From Phaeosaccion multiseriatum (lineage: Eukaryota; Protista; Ochrophyta, other classes): a stretch of 64,000 bases of DNA. The notes beneath the pieces were generated by a model. That model did no database searches. It saw only the letters and a list, made by a program, of their open reading frames with translations, and was not told the DNA's origin. Shown here one piece after another: positions 50,615 through 62,372 of the stretch. Positions within the stretch are counted from its first letter, which is position 1, and every line of letters begins with the position of its first letter. The DNA lies in NCBI GenBank assembly GCA_965112735.1, contig OZ218953.1, forward strand, positions 4,650,001-4,714,000, written 5' to 3'. Made by a program: the position numbers and the translations under genes.

Positions 50615-51512
50615 GTAGTATGTGTGGTATAGAAATTGGGCCTCGTCGTTGTCCGCCGCGGGAAAGAAGCTCATGAGCCTGCCGAAAGAGACCTGGGCGG
50701 CATCCAGAGCTTTGACGATGAAGTCAACCTTTTCTTCCGTCATCGTGTTGAGGGCCACTTGGGAAGTGAACTCCTGGTGACGAGTGGGTGTGGGTGTGTG
50801 GTGGCGGTGGGTGTGAGGAGGAGGACGGAGCAGACGAGGAGATAAATTAAGATGTGGCCCTCACGCGCGAGGGAAAGGGGGTCGAGTAAAGCCCCCACCA
50901 CCAGAGAAGAATCGAAGACAACGCACCTTCTTCAGCGCGTCGAAGCCATCGAACTCGACAACAGAGAGAAGGTATTCATACGCATCAAGGCCAGCACTCT
51001 TTGCCTCCTGTGTTCAAGAGATCAGGTACCGCAGATGGATGAGTCGTGAGCTGCGAAGTGAGGAACAAAGAAAGCACTGCAATCGAACCCACCTCTCGTC
51101 TTCGCCTGTCCAGGTAAAGCGTGCTGTCTATGATGGCGTCTCTGAGCATTAGCCTTTTCACCAATCCCTTGACGAGGGCTCTACAGGTGTCAGTCTTTTC
51201 ACCCTTCCTCAAATCTCGGGCCAGATTCTTTGCAAATTCGTCGGCTTCCACCACCGCTGTTAAGTCGCGTCGCAGGGGAGCCGCCGGTTTAGTCTCAAAC
51301 CATGAGGCGGACGCCACTCCAGGAGCCCCAAGAACAACGCAGGAAGTGGAGGCCACGACACCCACAAATTCACCTCGTGTCGAGGAGACTGCTTGCAGCG
51401 GCGTCAAGGAAGAATGCCGCAAGCACGGAGTCGCGATGAGAAAGCAGAAGACGGAGTTGAAGAGGTGCAGCAGCACGAGCACCCTCCCGAGCTCGTTCCT
51501 AAGCAAAGACAT
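50579..51512 (-). CDS. Putative thylakoid-lumen helical protein, 3 exons
   Basis: Signal (VFC-FL), STRGEF plus hydrophobic stretch plus ASA (lumen-transfer-like). Exons splice to ...YLDRRRRE|EAKSAGLDAYEYLLSVVEFDGFDALKK|EFTSQ...KVDFIVKALDAAQVSFGRLMSFFP. Confidence 0.65.
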
Positions 51513-52208
51513 GAACGTTTTGCTGTACTTCTCCCTCTCACCACTCCTCCTCCTCCTGTCCGGCCGCTGACCTCCACTCAAAGCACTGTCCAGCTACTTC
51601 TTTCCAGACATGCTGCTTGCCTGTGGAGAATTTATTATTTATTACATGGAAAAAAAAAAGTCAACAAAAGGGGAGAAAATAGACAACTTCGCGTCATCCT
51701 CATCCACAGTTTAGCCGTAGCGCTCCAGCGGGCCCGACACGAACGATCGGTTCGCCACAGGATCCTGGCTGGTATCAACTTTGTTCCAATGGGAAGAACT
51801 GATGAGTCAGAGGGACACGACCTCGAGGGCTAAGTTCCCCGGGGCGGTGAGACATTACTTTTAGACAACCATAGATGGCACTTAAGGGTGTAATATATTG
51901 AAACTCATCCACAGTCGCCATGTGTTGGAATTTGAAAAACAAATACGAGATAGCTAGCCTACTATCAATACGAAGTCATTTGTAGCTAAACGCCCACCCA
52001 GAGGAGGCAAGACGGAGGCAGCGCAGGAGCTCGTAGAGGGCTGAGATCAAACAGTGCAAAATTTTCACTTCACAAGCAGCAGGGCGTTTTGGACGTCCCC
52101 CCTGAAGATCAGTATCGCGCTCTCTACTGGCGTGCTGCACTTTCGGGGCGGGCCTCGGGTTGGGAGGCACCAGAGCTGGCAGCAGCAGCTGCTGCAGCAG
52201 AGGAAAGC

Positions 52209-54111
52209 ATGGAAACAAGCAAAGGCGCTGGAGGGGTCCGCCTCCGCGCAAAGGAGATCTCGGCGATCTCGCGAGGTGACTTGAAAGAGGTTGGGGAGCT
52301 GCTAAAGATGTACACCCCCGTAGGCCATCCCCAGTCTGTGCCCCCAGGAGCCAAGCGGCACCCCGGAATGGGAAAAGACAGGGCCGAGAAGGAGAAGGAG
52401 GGAAGCTCCAGCGGAGAGAGCAGGGAGGAGGAGAAAGATCCCGAGTTCGCCCCATGGGCCTACAACCGTGTCTTTCTGGGCAGCAACGGTGAGTCGTGAA
52501 CAGGTGCAACGCCATGCCATCATCCACTCATGATAAAGAGTATTCAAACCTAACGCCCCCCCCCCACTGATCGACCCCACCCAACAGCTGTGCCGCCCGT
52601 GTGTCTGGCAATCTCGGCTGGCAATAACGACATGCTCATTAAGTTGTTTGACTTGGGTGCCGATCCGCGGGCCAAAGTTGGCGACGGGCGAGGCACCATC
52701 CTCCACTGGACCATAGACTTGGGCAGCCTGTCCATGACCCGTACCATCCTCGGTGCAGCCAAGAGGGCGGGCAGGAAGGTGCTACGCGACTTGCTGGAGG
52801 CGCTGAACAAGAACAGGCTGTCGCCGCTCATGCTGAGTGCGCGCAGGGGGCCGCACAACAAGAGTGGCGGGTGTGAGATTGTGCGTGTTCTGGTGGAAGC
52901 AGGCGCAGACATAACGGCAAAGGACAAGACAGGCTTCAACTCGCTCATGTGGAGCCTTGAGATCCTTGAAGCGGCAAATCTCAAGTTGGTGCTAAGCAAC
53001 AGCAGCTATGGAGACTACGTGGTGGAGATCTTCGAGTATCTTGTGGAACAAATGGCACTGCATGAAGGAGGCCTTCAGCTCCTGCTTCAACCCGGGGGGG
53101 GCTGTCAAATGACCGTGCTGCAATGGGTCTGCTGCTACGCTTTCTACCACCCTGAGATCTGCAGCAAGCTAGTCGATGCTCTGGTCAAGCACGGGGTCGA
53201 GAAAGTAGAGAACGCGTGGATGGAGGCAACGTTCCCATTGGAAATGAAGAATCGAAATAGGGTTTTTGCCCCGCTCAAGCGCAGTGATTCGGTCATGACG
53301 CTGGAACAAAGCTTCACTTTGGAGAAGCTCCTGCACGTGGGGGTGAAGGGGTGGGCGAGGCCACAGCCGCTCGACTTGGGGAGACCGCAGCGGGGCGCTC
53401 AGCAGCTCGTCACGCCGGCCGGGCAGGAGCTCAGCAACAAGGGTGAGTGAGCGATCGGAGAGGGAAAGGATTTGTATGGGCTGCTGCTGTAGTAGGGAAT
53501 GAATGGGAGGGGCAAAAGAGCTAGATAATTCTGAGAATTAATATGTTCCACCCCTTTTGCTGACTAAGCTCCTTGAGTCAGTACCAATGACTCAGAGCGG
53601 GCCGTAGCTCCTCTGTGCGAGTGCTCCGTCGCATGTACAACCAACTCCTACAGTGGGCCATGGCGAGGCTGAATCTGCTTCCCCTTTATACAAGTCACAG
53701 CTGAGTTCCTTTCGGCAAAGTCAACCCCCACCCCTTCCCAAACCCCAACGTTATTACTCATTTGTTTTCGCAGACGTCCGCGTATTTCCGGACGAAGATC
53801 ACGTCCCTGAAGAGGCGATGGTCCCTTCCGGCATCCTCGGTGGTGCCTCTTCGTCCTCCTCTTCGTCCTCCTCCGCCGCTGAGCGTCACTCAGAGGGCCG
53901 GGAGGACGACAAGACCAGCGTTGTACAGGACCAACAGGCAGAGGTTCTGCACATGTGTAGCTGTTGTGGGGGGAAAGGCACGCTTCGTTCGGTAGAGGCG
54001 ACCTTTGCGGATGCTGCCGCAAGGGCCGCTGTTGCGCACAGGGCCGCGCTGCAGGAGGCTGTGGATGGCAGCGAGGAGGACCATCAAGCGGATGGAAGAC
54101 GACTGGCGACA

Positions 54112-54144
<33 letters not shown>

Positions 54145-55768
54145 ACAGCAGCAACAGCAGCAAAAGCGGCGGCAAGTCTCAAAAGGGGGTTGCGAGGACG
54201 AGGAGGAGGAGGAGGAGGAGGAGGAGGAGGAGGAGGGGGAGGAGGAGAAGAAGAAGAAGAAGGAGGAGGAGGAGGAGGAGAGGGAGCGTGCGCAGCTGAA
54301 AATGCGAGCTTGTCAAAGAAGAGGCGAGCGGGGGGCGAGGAGGACTCCCTCTCTACTCTGCTGAGGCCGGCGCTTCCTCTGCTGGTGCATCTCGTCAAGG
54401 CCTTCGTGCGTCGCATGCCACCGCTCTACGACATTGTGTGGGAGGATCAGCTTACGAACACGCACCCACACGTGAGATACGAGGGCAGAGGACTAGAGTT
54501 GGGGAGGGAAGGAGGTGGGCAATTCTGTAACGGTCTCTGCATATGCTCGACCCCGGCCGCAGACTGCCTGGTGGGGCAGTGAGGGCATACCTCGAAAATG
54601 TGTTTCCATTGTTATGTGTCCCGAGTCGTTTCCTATTTTCGTAGCACCCTCTGACCCCGTCTCTCGCTCCATCCCACCTTCCTTTGTTCCTTCGTGATTG
54701 ACTGTTGTGCTCTCCAACTAAACAGACGATGTCTCAGTCCACCTTCCTGCTGAAGCAAGCTGTGGAATTCAACTGCCCCGATGCCGACAAAGGGTTCAAA
54801 ATCGTGTCTCCGAAAAGTATCACCAATACTGCTGAGGCTGAAATTCTGAAGCAAGGTTAGTACGTAAGGAGGGTAGGGTCAGTGCGTAAGGAGGGTAGGG
54901 GTGCAGGTGGGAGAATCAGCTGTCGAAGGGCTGTTGAAGGGGACTTTTGAGGGGGACAGGTCGTCTGCATCCGCACACACAAGTAGAGGTTAAGGCCTCT
55001 CACACCGGCCAATGGGATGGGCACACAACCAAGGCCAACATACACTGCAAATACACACACGCGCCTCTTGTCACCTCCATCTCCCTCTTCGCGTGTGCCG
55101 ACCTAATGTTACCCCTCTCTCTCTCTCCTCCTCTCCTCTCCCCTCCGCTCCCTCCCTCCCTCCCTCCCTCTGTCCTCTTTGCTGTACGCGTAGTGCGCTG
55201 CTTCTTCCACAAGAAGAGGCCTAACGAGACGGTGGGCATGCGCGTACAAGAAGTGGGGGAGCACGACCCTCGCGGGATGCCCGCAGGCTCTGGTAAGTCA
55301 TGGGGGGATCTCCCTCGGTGGGCCCACAGAACATTTTGACCATAATTCAAGGTCCGAGGGCGAGGTCGGGGGAGGGGAGGGGCAGAGGGGGGATTAGTCC
55401 TGAAATACAGAGAGTCCAGCCAATGCTCTGACGCACGCACGCACGCACGGACTCACACACCACCCTCTCATTTGTGCTGTTTGCGAATACACACTGCATT
55501 GTGCGTGTGATTTGGTGTGGTGTGGTGTGGTGCTCAACAGCGAGGGGCGTGGCCAGCAAGGACCTCCCTGCCTACCACGTGTTGGGTTTCTACGCCGGGG
55601 TGATCAAGGTGGAGGACATCAACACGGCCCCCAGCGTCAGGGAAGCTCTGCTCTCGCAGGCCTACTCGTACAGCTTCAGCACCAAGTAAGTACAGCAAGG
55701 GAAAGCGAAGCAAAGCGAAGAGCCCGGCCACAGTAGAGCTGTGGAGTAGGGGGGTGGGGCCTACTTCG

Positions 55769-55799
<31 letters not shown>

Positions 55800-57782
55800 C
55801 GTATGGTTTCTGCCTTTCGTTTTGTGAGCAAGAGTGTGTCTCCTTCGTCTTTGAGCGTCTCTCCTTCGTCTTTCGTGTTCCTTTCTTCCTTCCTGTCCGC
55901 CCAGGGTCAAGCCCCCGACTGTTTCGAAGCAGCGGAGGGGCGAGGCGGGCCTGCTCTCTCTGGCCATGGACTCGTACGGCTCCTCGTGCAACGCAGTCGC
56001 CGCCATCAACGACCAAAGGAACTCAGGCCACAAGGTGAGAGACAGGGGCTGTGGTACATGAGCAAGGGAGAAGAGATGGTAAGAGGGTCAGAGGGGGCTG
56101 TTGTTGGTGGTGGTGTGTGAGAAAGTGTGCGGGAGAGGTCTCCTTTCTGTATGAGCAAGTGCAGGAGAGAGGTATGTTTGCCCTTTTCATTCTTGTAGTG
56201 TTGAAGGCCAAGGGCCCTTCGAAGAACTGATGTGAGGAAGGAGAGGCACCCCTGAATGAACTCAGCACCTCTTGCTCCCTCTACCTTTTTCTTGGCCGCT
56301 TTACTGCTGCTGCTCTGCTGCTCTACTGCTGCTCTACGGCTGCTGTTACTACTGTACTACTGCTCTACTGCTGCTGCTGCTGCTGCAGGCCAATGCGATG
56401 TTCCTTGAAGTGACGAGGATGGGGTGGCCTTACGCCTTTGTCATGACCTTGGAGCGTGTCAAGAGCGGAGAGGAGCTCCTGCTGGACTACGGACCCTCCT
56501 ACTTCGCCTTCGAGGAGACGATGATGGTGCGATCCGATACCCAACCCTCCTTCTCCTGCTTCATGTACATGTAACGCTTTTCGTTTCATGAGTAGAGGCG
56601 TCAAGAGGGCAGGAAAGGGAAGCAGAGCAACGGCACGCAATGGGGGGGGGGGGGAGACAGAGATGCACAGGCAGAAGAGGCATCCGCGATTGTATCGTAG
56701 AGCCTCTGCTGACCCACACATGCTCGCAACTCGCTTCTCATTCGCTGCAACACCGAAAGCGGGACTGGCGCTTACTTGCATATTGAAAGAACCGTACAAT
56801 GCGAAGCTGCTCAGCCCGCTTCACCTCACCCCGCCCCCTCCACCCCACCCGTAACTGTTCCTCAGGCCCATTGCGGGAACACTCTGGACGTGGCAGCTAC
56901 GCCCGAGCAGATTGCCACCCTGGGTGGTGCCTACGAGACGCTGAGTCAGGCATGTGTGAAGGAGTGTGGGCCGGAGTCACTGCAGCAAGTCGCTCGGCAG
57001 ATGAAGTCCGCCGCACAGGAGTACCTTGCCGAGCACGCAGCGAGGGAGGTGCGTGTCAGTCAGTCAGTCTGTCAGTCTGTCAAGTCTGTCAGTCAGTCAA
57101 TCAGTCAATCAGTCAGTCAGTCAGTCAGTCAGTTAGTCAATCAGTCAGTCAGTCAGTCAGGCGGGGTTGCGGTGGGCGGGGAGGGGCAGCAGGGGCAGCA
57201 GGGTCTGCTGTGAAAGGGAATCTTGAGGGCGTGCTAGTGAGATGTTTATATTCAACTCGGCTTGTGTTGTCTTCTTCTGTGTGTTGTAGTAGTGTATTCA
57301 TTGCAACCTCTGACTTTGTTTTTTGACTGGTCTCCGTCCGCCCACCGACGCAGGGTCTGAGGGCTAAGGCGCGAGAGGCAGGGAAGAAGCAGAGAAGAGA
57401 CAAGAAAAGAAGCTCTGCTGAGAAGAAGGCGGCGGCAGCAGCGGCAGAAGAGGCGGCCGCGGCGGAGGAAGCCGTGGCGGCTGTGGCTATGGCGGAGGCA
57501 GCGGAGGCAGCAGCAGCGGCGGCGGCGGCGATGGTGGCAGGGCCTGCAAAGAGGAAGGGTCGATCCGTGAGAACACAGGGGCTGAAGAGAGTGAAGGCTG
57601 AACGACAGAGCGAGGGGGAGGAGGAGGAGGATGAGAAGAAGACTGACACCGAGAGTAGGAGCGACAGTGGGGACAGCAGCAGCCCTCTCGCGCAGGAGGA
57701 GGACGACGAGTTGTTGGGAGTGGGACCCGCGCCCACGCTGGAGCTGCGAGATGACGAGGGGGTCTATTTTATGAGTTCATAG
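52209..57782 (+). CDS. Ankyrin-repeat plus SET-domain protein, ~10 exons
   Basis: ANK repeats (PPVCLAISAGNNDML, TILHW, SPLMLSA, GADITAKDKTGFNSLMW). SET pieces: GVASKDLPAYHVLGFYAG, AAIND, NAMFLEV..GWPYAF..VKSGEELLLDYGPSYF. Confidence 0.82.
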
Positions 57783-58164
57783 ACAGACACGTCATCAGTT
57801 TGGTGATGATTGTGATGACGACGACGACGAGGAGGAGGAGGAGGAGGAGGAGGAGGAGGAGGAGGAGGGGGGATGATGATGGAGGACCGGAGGCACCCCC
57901 TTCTGGGATGCGCTTACTCCGCTGCACGTGCGAGGACGGTGGTTGGGTGCTTCGGGGACTCAAGAGACTTCGGTAGGCGGGTGGGCGATGCAGTGATCAC
58001 ACATCTTGCCCAATGAGGCGAGATGGACGCAAGAGATGGACTCACGAGATGAATGCACACATGTGTTTGGATGGGCGCGTGGGTCACAGTGATCTTAAAA
58101 TGTCTTGCCAAGTGAGGCCAGACTTTCATACACAGTACTTTTTTTAGTTCATTATTTTTTTCTG

Positions 58165-58542
58165 TGATTTCGCGGTTGAGTGGCACTTTTGACGCCCCGT
58201 GAATTTTTTTTGACGCCAAATGACGATTACTTTGACGACGTTTGACGACTTTTGAACCCCTTTTTTACCCACTTTAAAGCCCCATTTTACGCACTTTGAC
58301 GCCCTTTGACGCTCTTGACGCCCTTTGACGCCCTTTTCCGTGATTTTATTTTACGTGATGTTTTTTAAACGAAATTAAGGCGAATTATGATAAAAGGGCG
58401 TCAAAGGGCGTCGAAGTGCGTCAAATAGGGCTTTAAAGTGGGTAAAAAAGGCGTTCAAAAGTCGTCAAACGTCGTCAAAGTAATGTCAAAAAAAAAATAA
58501 AAAATCACGGGGCGTCAAAAGTGCCACTCAACCGCGAAATCA
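58165..58542. mobile_element. AT-rich foldback/MITE with ~170-bp TIRs and repeated TTTGACG motifs
   Basis: tgatttcgcggttgagtggcacttttgacgccccgtga... is mirrored by ...tcacggggcgtcaaaagtgccactcaaccgcgaaatca. Confidence 0.85.
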
Positions 58543-59113
58543 ATAGTTAATTAATTAAAAAAAAAAAAAAACGCATCTGCAAAGCAGACTGCAAAGCAGA
58601 ACGTATTAGTAGAACACTTCTTCAGCAGAAGCAGCTTGAAGTCTTACTTGCTTGCCGCGCGCCCCCTTCAAGGTGAGCACTGAGTCACTTCGAGCCTCGG
58701 CGAAGACGAGTCTCTCGGGTGAGTTTCGATTCTGCTCTCCAATGCAATGCTGTGTCTGTATCACCAACTCTCTGTCTGCACACAGCCCTTACGTCCGCTG
58801 TTAGGTGTCTCCACACACACCCACCTCGGCCACTATCAAGCAAACCAGCACTGAGTCCGTTCGCCTGCCCATGCTCCACTCGCGGTTCGCTGCAGAGCAC
58901 CTTTCTCTCGTGCTGCAGTTGCTACCTCTTAGGGCCTCACAAGGTTGGGGGGATTTGATTGGTGCGCTTGGGCATCCATCCGGGCCTTACCAGCTCTGAA
59001 GCAGGCCGTCTTGCTGGCCTGCCCGGCGCCCTGCTCATGCAGCTCAAGTGCACCACACTACACCACATCGTCCCGACCCGTCTCCGAATCAAATCCCCAT
59101 TGGCGGCGCCATC

Positions 59114-59145
<32 letters not shown>

Positions 59146-59877
59146 GCAGGCCCTTTCCATCCATGTGCCCCCTTGCTGATCTCGGTTAGCGGTGGCAGCA
59201 CCGCATGCCCAAGAGCGCCAAGGTCCACAGCAATTGAACTCTCCCGGCCACAACCTTCCTTGCTGCAAGCATCCCTCCTCTCTGACGTCTGTCGGCAGCT
59301 CCTAGCACACCTTCTCGTCTGCATACTTGGCGTTATTTGTTTTTTATTCAGAGCTTCGCGCCGGATGGCATGGCCACCCAGCCAACCCCTGACAGCCAGA
59401 CAGCGACTCCACCGCAGTTCCCATGCCCAAACACTCGGTCTTTCGCTCTTTCGCACTTTCGCTGGACCCTCCTCGGGCGGCTGAGGCGCTGTCCAGCGAA
59501 AGGGTACACGGTGCGCATGTCCAGGGCAGGGCCCCCACCTTCTGTGCGTGCCGGCGCCTTCGTTCGTGTACGAAGCGCAGAAGCGAGAAGAACGGTATAA
59601 TGCAGGCCATCACTCTCGCCACCCTGTCGTCTGTTGTGGTATATTGTCCACACATGCTCCCATCAATCGAGTCCTGCAGTCGTTGCCAGGGCTGTGCTAT
59701 TCATCGCACCCGGTGGGAATGCACTATGGCAGCCGATGGGGGGAGGAGGGAGGAAGGAGGCCGTTGCCTCCCTCCCACCCACTCCACCCACACTTAGGCT
59801 GGTCGTCGCTGGAGGGGTGAGACACACCCTGACGTGAAGGGGGAGAGAGGGTGTGTGGTTAAGAGACTTTCATCCTT

Positions 59878-60723
59878 TCAGATGAGCTCCAGCTCCACCT
59901 TCCTCTTGGCGAGCAGCCCTGCCCGCCGGGACTCGTGAATACCGAGGCGCGCGTACTGATTCGCGCACACCGAGAGAGCCGCCACCGCGCACGTTCTTGC
60001 ACTACCTGTGTGTGACAAGTGACGATGATGACACATACACACGGTAGGCAGGAGAGAGAGATTTGACGGTTTAAGCAGTCGCTTTAGCAGTACATAGCAC
60101 GCGGAGAGGAAGAAAGGCACCCACATACCCATACACTCACGCACCTGCAGAGCGCTCTACAGTGAGGGAGTAGTCGAGGCCCTGGAGGGAGCTGACGAAA
60201 GCGATGGCCGCCTTCACCATGCAGTAGCCCTCCCGACTGGCCCGGATGATGCAGGTGCGCGAGACGGGGTCATAGCAGCGCGCTGAGAGGGGGGGGGAGG
60301 GGGGTTATTGAACGCTAAGTGGGCTTGAGTGTCGGGACAGGGAATAGAAACATAAAGTTCGACCCTCCCAAAGTCCCCAACGAGCGAGATTGATTCTCTG
60401 AGTATCCTCTCTGACCTTGGAGATTGTACAAGGTGACACCCGAACCAAAGTCTCCAAAGCTGGTTTGGATGGATTCCTGCGTAGGAGAAGCAGAGTAGCA
60501 GGAGAAGCAGCAGCAGCAGCAGTATGTAAGCCATCGATCCATCTCACTTTGACGGGTCATATGGTCTCCACACCTTTATAGCAGCGTAGATGTTGGAGGA
60601 GGAGAGGCCGCCCTCCCCCTCTTCGCCTGCCTTGCCAGCAGCAGCGTTGCCAGCCCTGGAGCTGGTCTCTTCATCGAAGTGAGGCATGATTGACACAACG
60701 AGATATCTATTCTTCACTCTCAT
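59878..60723 (-). CDS. POP5: RNase P/MRP subunit Pop5 (Rpp14/Pop5 family), 4 exons
   Basis: MRVKNRYLVV...IYAAIK|ESIQTSFGDFGSG...|..TCIIRASRE..MVKAAIAFV...SA|GSARTC. Confidence 0.88.
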
Positions 60724-60875
60724 CCCCCCTCCTATAACCTCTCTTCTTCGATCCTGGGCTGTGCGATGTGCCAAGGTCCTGCCTAAAAGTAAAGGGAGGG
60801 CTGGGCCGGTATCCCATTTTGTGTACGTTGTAAAGGGCGACAACCACGATCTGTGGCGGTCCCGTCAGACGTAAG

Positions 60876-62137
60876 ATGCCAGGCAGTAGAAGCCGTAGCC
60901 GCGGCCGTAGTAGTTGCAGCAACAAAAGTAGCAGGAGAGAGCGGCGCACTGATAAAAAAGAGGAGGAGGAGGAGGAGAGGGGCCGGGGGAGGAGGAAGAG
61001 GAGCAGGAGTAGGGGAAGAAGTAGGAGTAGGGGAAGAAGTAGGAGTAGGGGCAAAAGGAGGAGAAGGAGGAGTAGAAGCAGAAGTATAAGCAGGGGCAGA
61101 AGACATCGCGGCAGAGAGAGGGAAGGGCGGTGGAATGGACGAGGGGAGCAGCGAGGACGGAGGGGAGACAGCAGAGACCGAAGAAGGGAGGAGGAGGGGA
61201 GGTGGGGAGACAGAGATCGTTACGAAAAGGAGGATCGAGGGAGGGGCAGAGATGCGAGGGAGAACGAGGCAGAGAGTAGGGAAAGGAGGCGAGGAAGGAG
61301 TAGAGAAAGACGAGAGAGAGACGGGCGAGAGAGAGGAGGGTATGGGGCTGCGGCGGCGCCTGCTGCTCCAGATAAGAATCCTGACGAGGGAACGAAGAAG
61401 AAACCGACCAGAGCAAAGAGCGGGATCTTCCAGGTGAGTGGGAGAATGCTTAAAGGGAAAGAAGTATCCAACTCTTTCCAATGTAAGGAGGATACTGAGA
61501 CCCTCGACTCCCTCCCGGCTTAGGCTTTCCTCAACCGCGCAACGCTCACTTTTGCCTTCTCTCCCCCCTCACTTTTTCTTAGTATATTCTGAGTGACGCG
61601 AAGCTCAAGGCCAAGGCCAAGGCTTCAGGCCTGCATCTCCCTGATGCTCCAACCAGCAGCACGGCGGAGGGTCAAGCGAAGGACGGTGACGACAACTCCT
61701 CTACAGCAGTAGCAGCCGCCGCTGCAGCAACAGCAGACGGACTTGAGGGAGGAACAGATTCCACCAGCCGCCGGCAGCAGCTCAATCTCAAGCCCAATTC
61801 CGCTGCCATGAGCGCGCTCCTTCGCGGCCACCAACGCTCGGCCAAACGACTCGACCACCTGCAGGCAGAGGCGGCGTCTTCCAAGCTCAAGCAGCTCCTC
61901 AGTGTGGCCGGGGACAAGGGGGTGGTGAGCGCGGGCACTTCTGTGTCGGACACCTTTAGCAAAGGGCTGAGGCCCGACAAGGTTCATGACCGGGAGATGC
62001 CCTACCTGTGTGGCAAGTGCGGGGCGGACTTCCCCCTGGCCACGGTGCTGAGCGAGCACCTGCTGGAGGCACATGATGTGAGGAAGCATCCCAGCCTCAT
62101 ATCAGCGTCGAGCTCCTCCGCCCCGCTCGAAGATTGA
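60876..62137 (+). CDS. RS/Arg-rich protein with a C-terminal C2H2 zinc finger, 2 exons (~60876-61433, ~61583-62137)
   Basis: RSRSR repeats; YLCGKCGADFPLATVLSEHLLEAH; canonical GT-AG intron. Confidence 0.72.
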
Positions 62138-62372
62138 ATGAAAAGACTGACTGGCTGAGTTTCTGGCTGACTGTGGTGTGTGTGTACGTGTGTGTATATG
62201 TATACCCAGTATGGCGTACGTACGAAGACTGAATGAAAAGATCCACTCACTACCTAAAAGACTTAGGGGAAAGCACAGCAATTGTAAAGACATGTACGTT
62301 TATTAACAGAGAGAAAGCTTCCCTCCCTACTGTGGCGTCCTCTTAGCTCCATACAAAGTACCTCATCACACC

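Noticed and set aside
51798-51910. Hammerhead-like CTGATGAG...GAAAC
   Set aside because: GAAA does not follow the putative stem II and stems I/III cannot be formed convincingly.
53570-53596. gagtca/tgactc intronic hairpin
   Set aside because: Short stem expected by chance; no snoRNA or riboswitch boxes.
58600-59850. Unassigned 1.2-kb region with short ORFs and splice-like signals
   Set aside because: No recognisable domain or coherent exon chain; could be a lncRNA or decayed sequence, but unsupported without RNA data.
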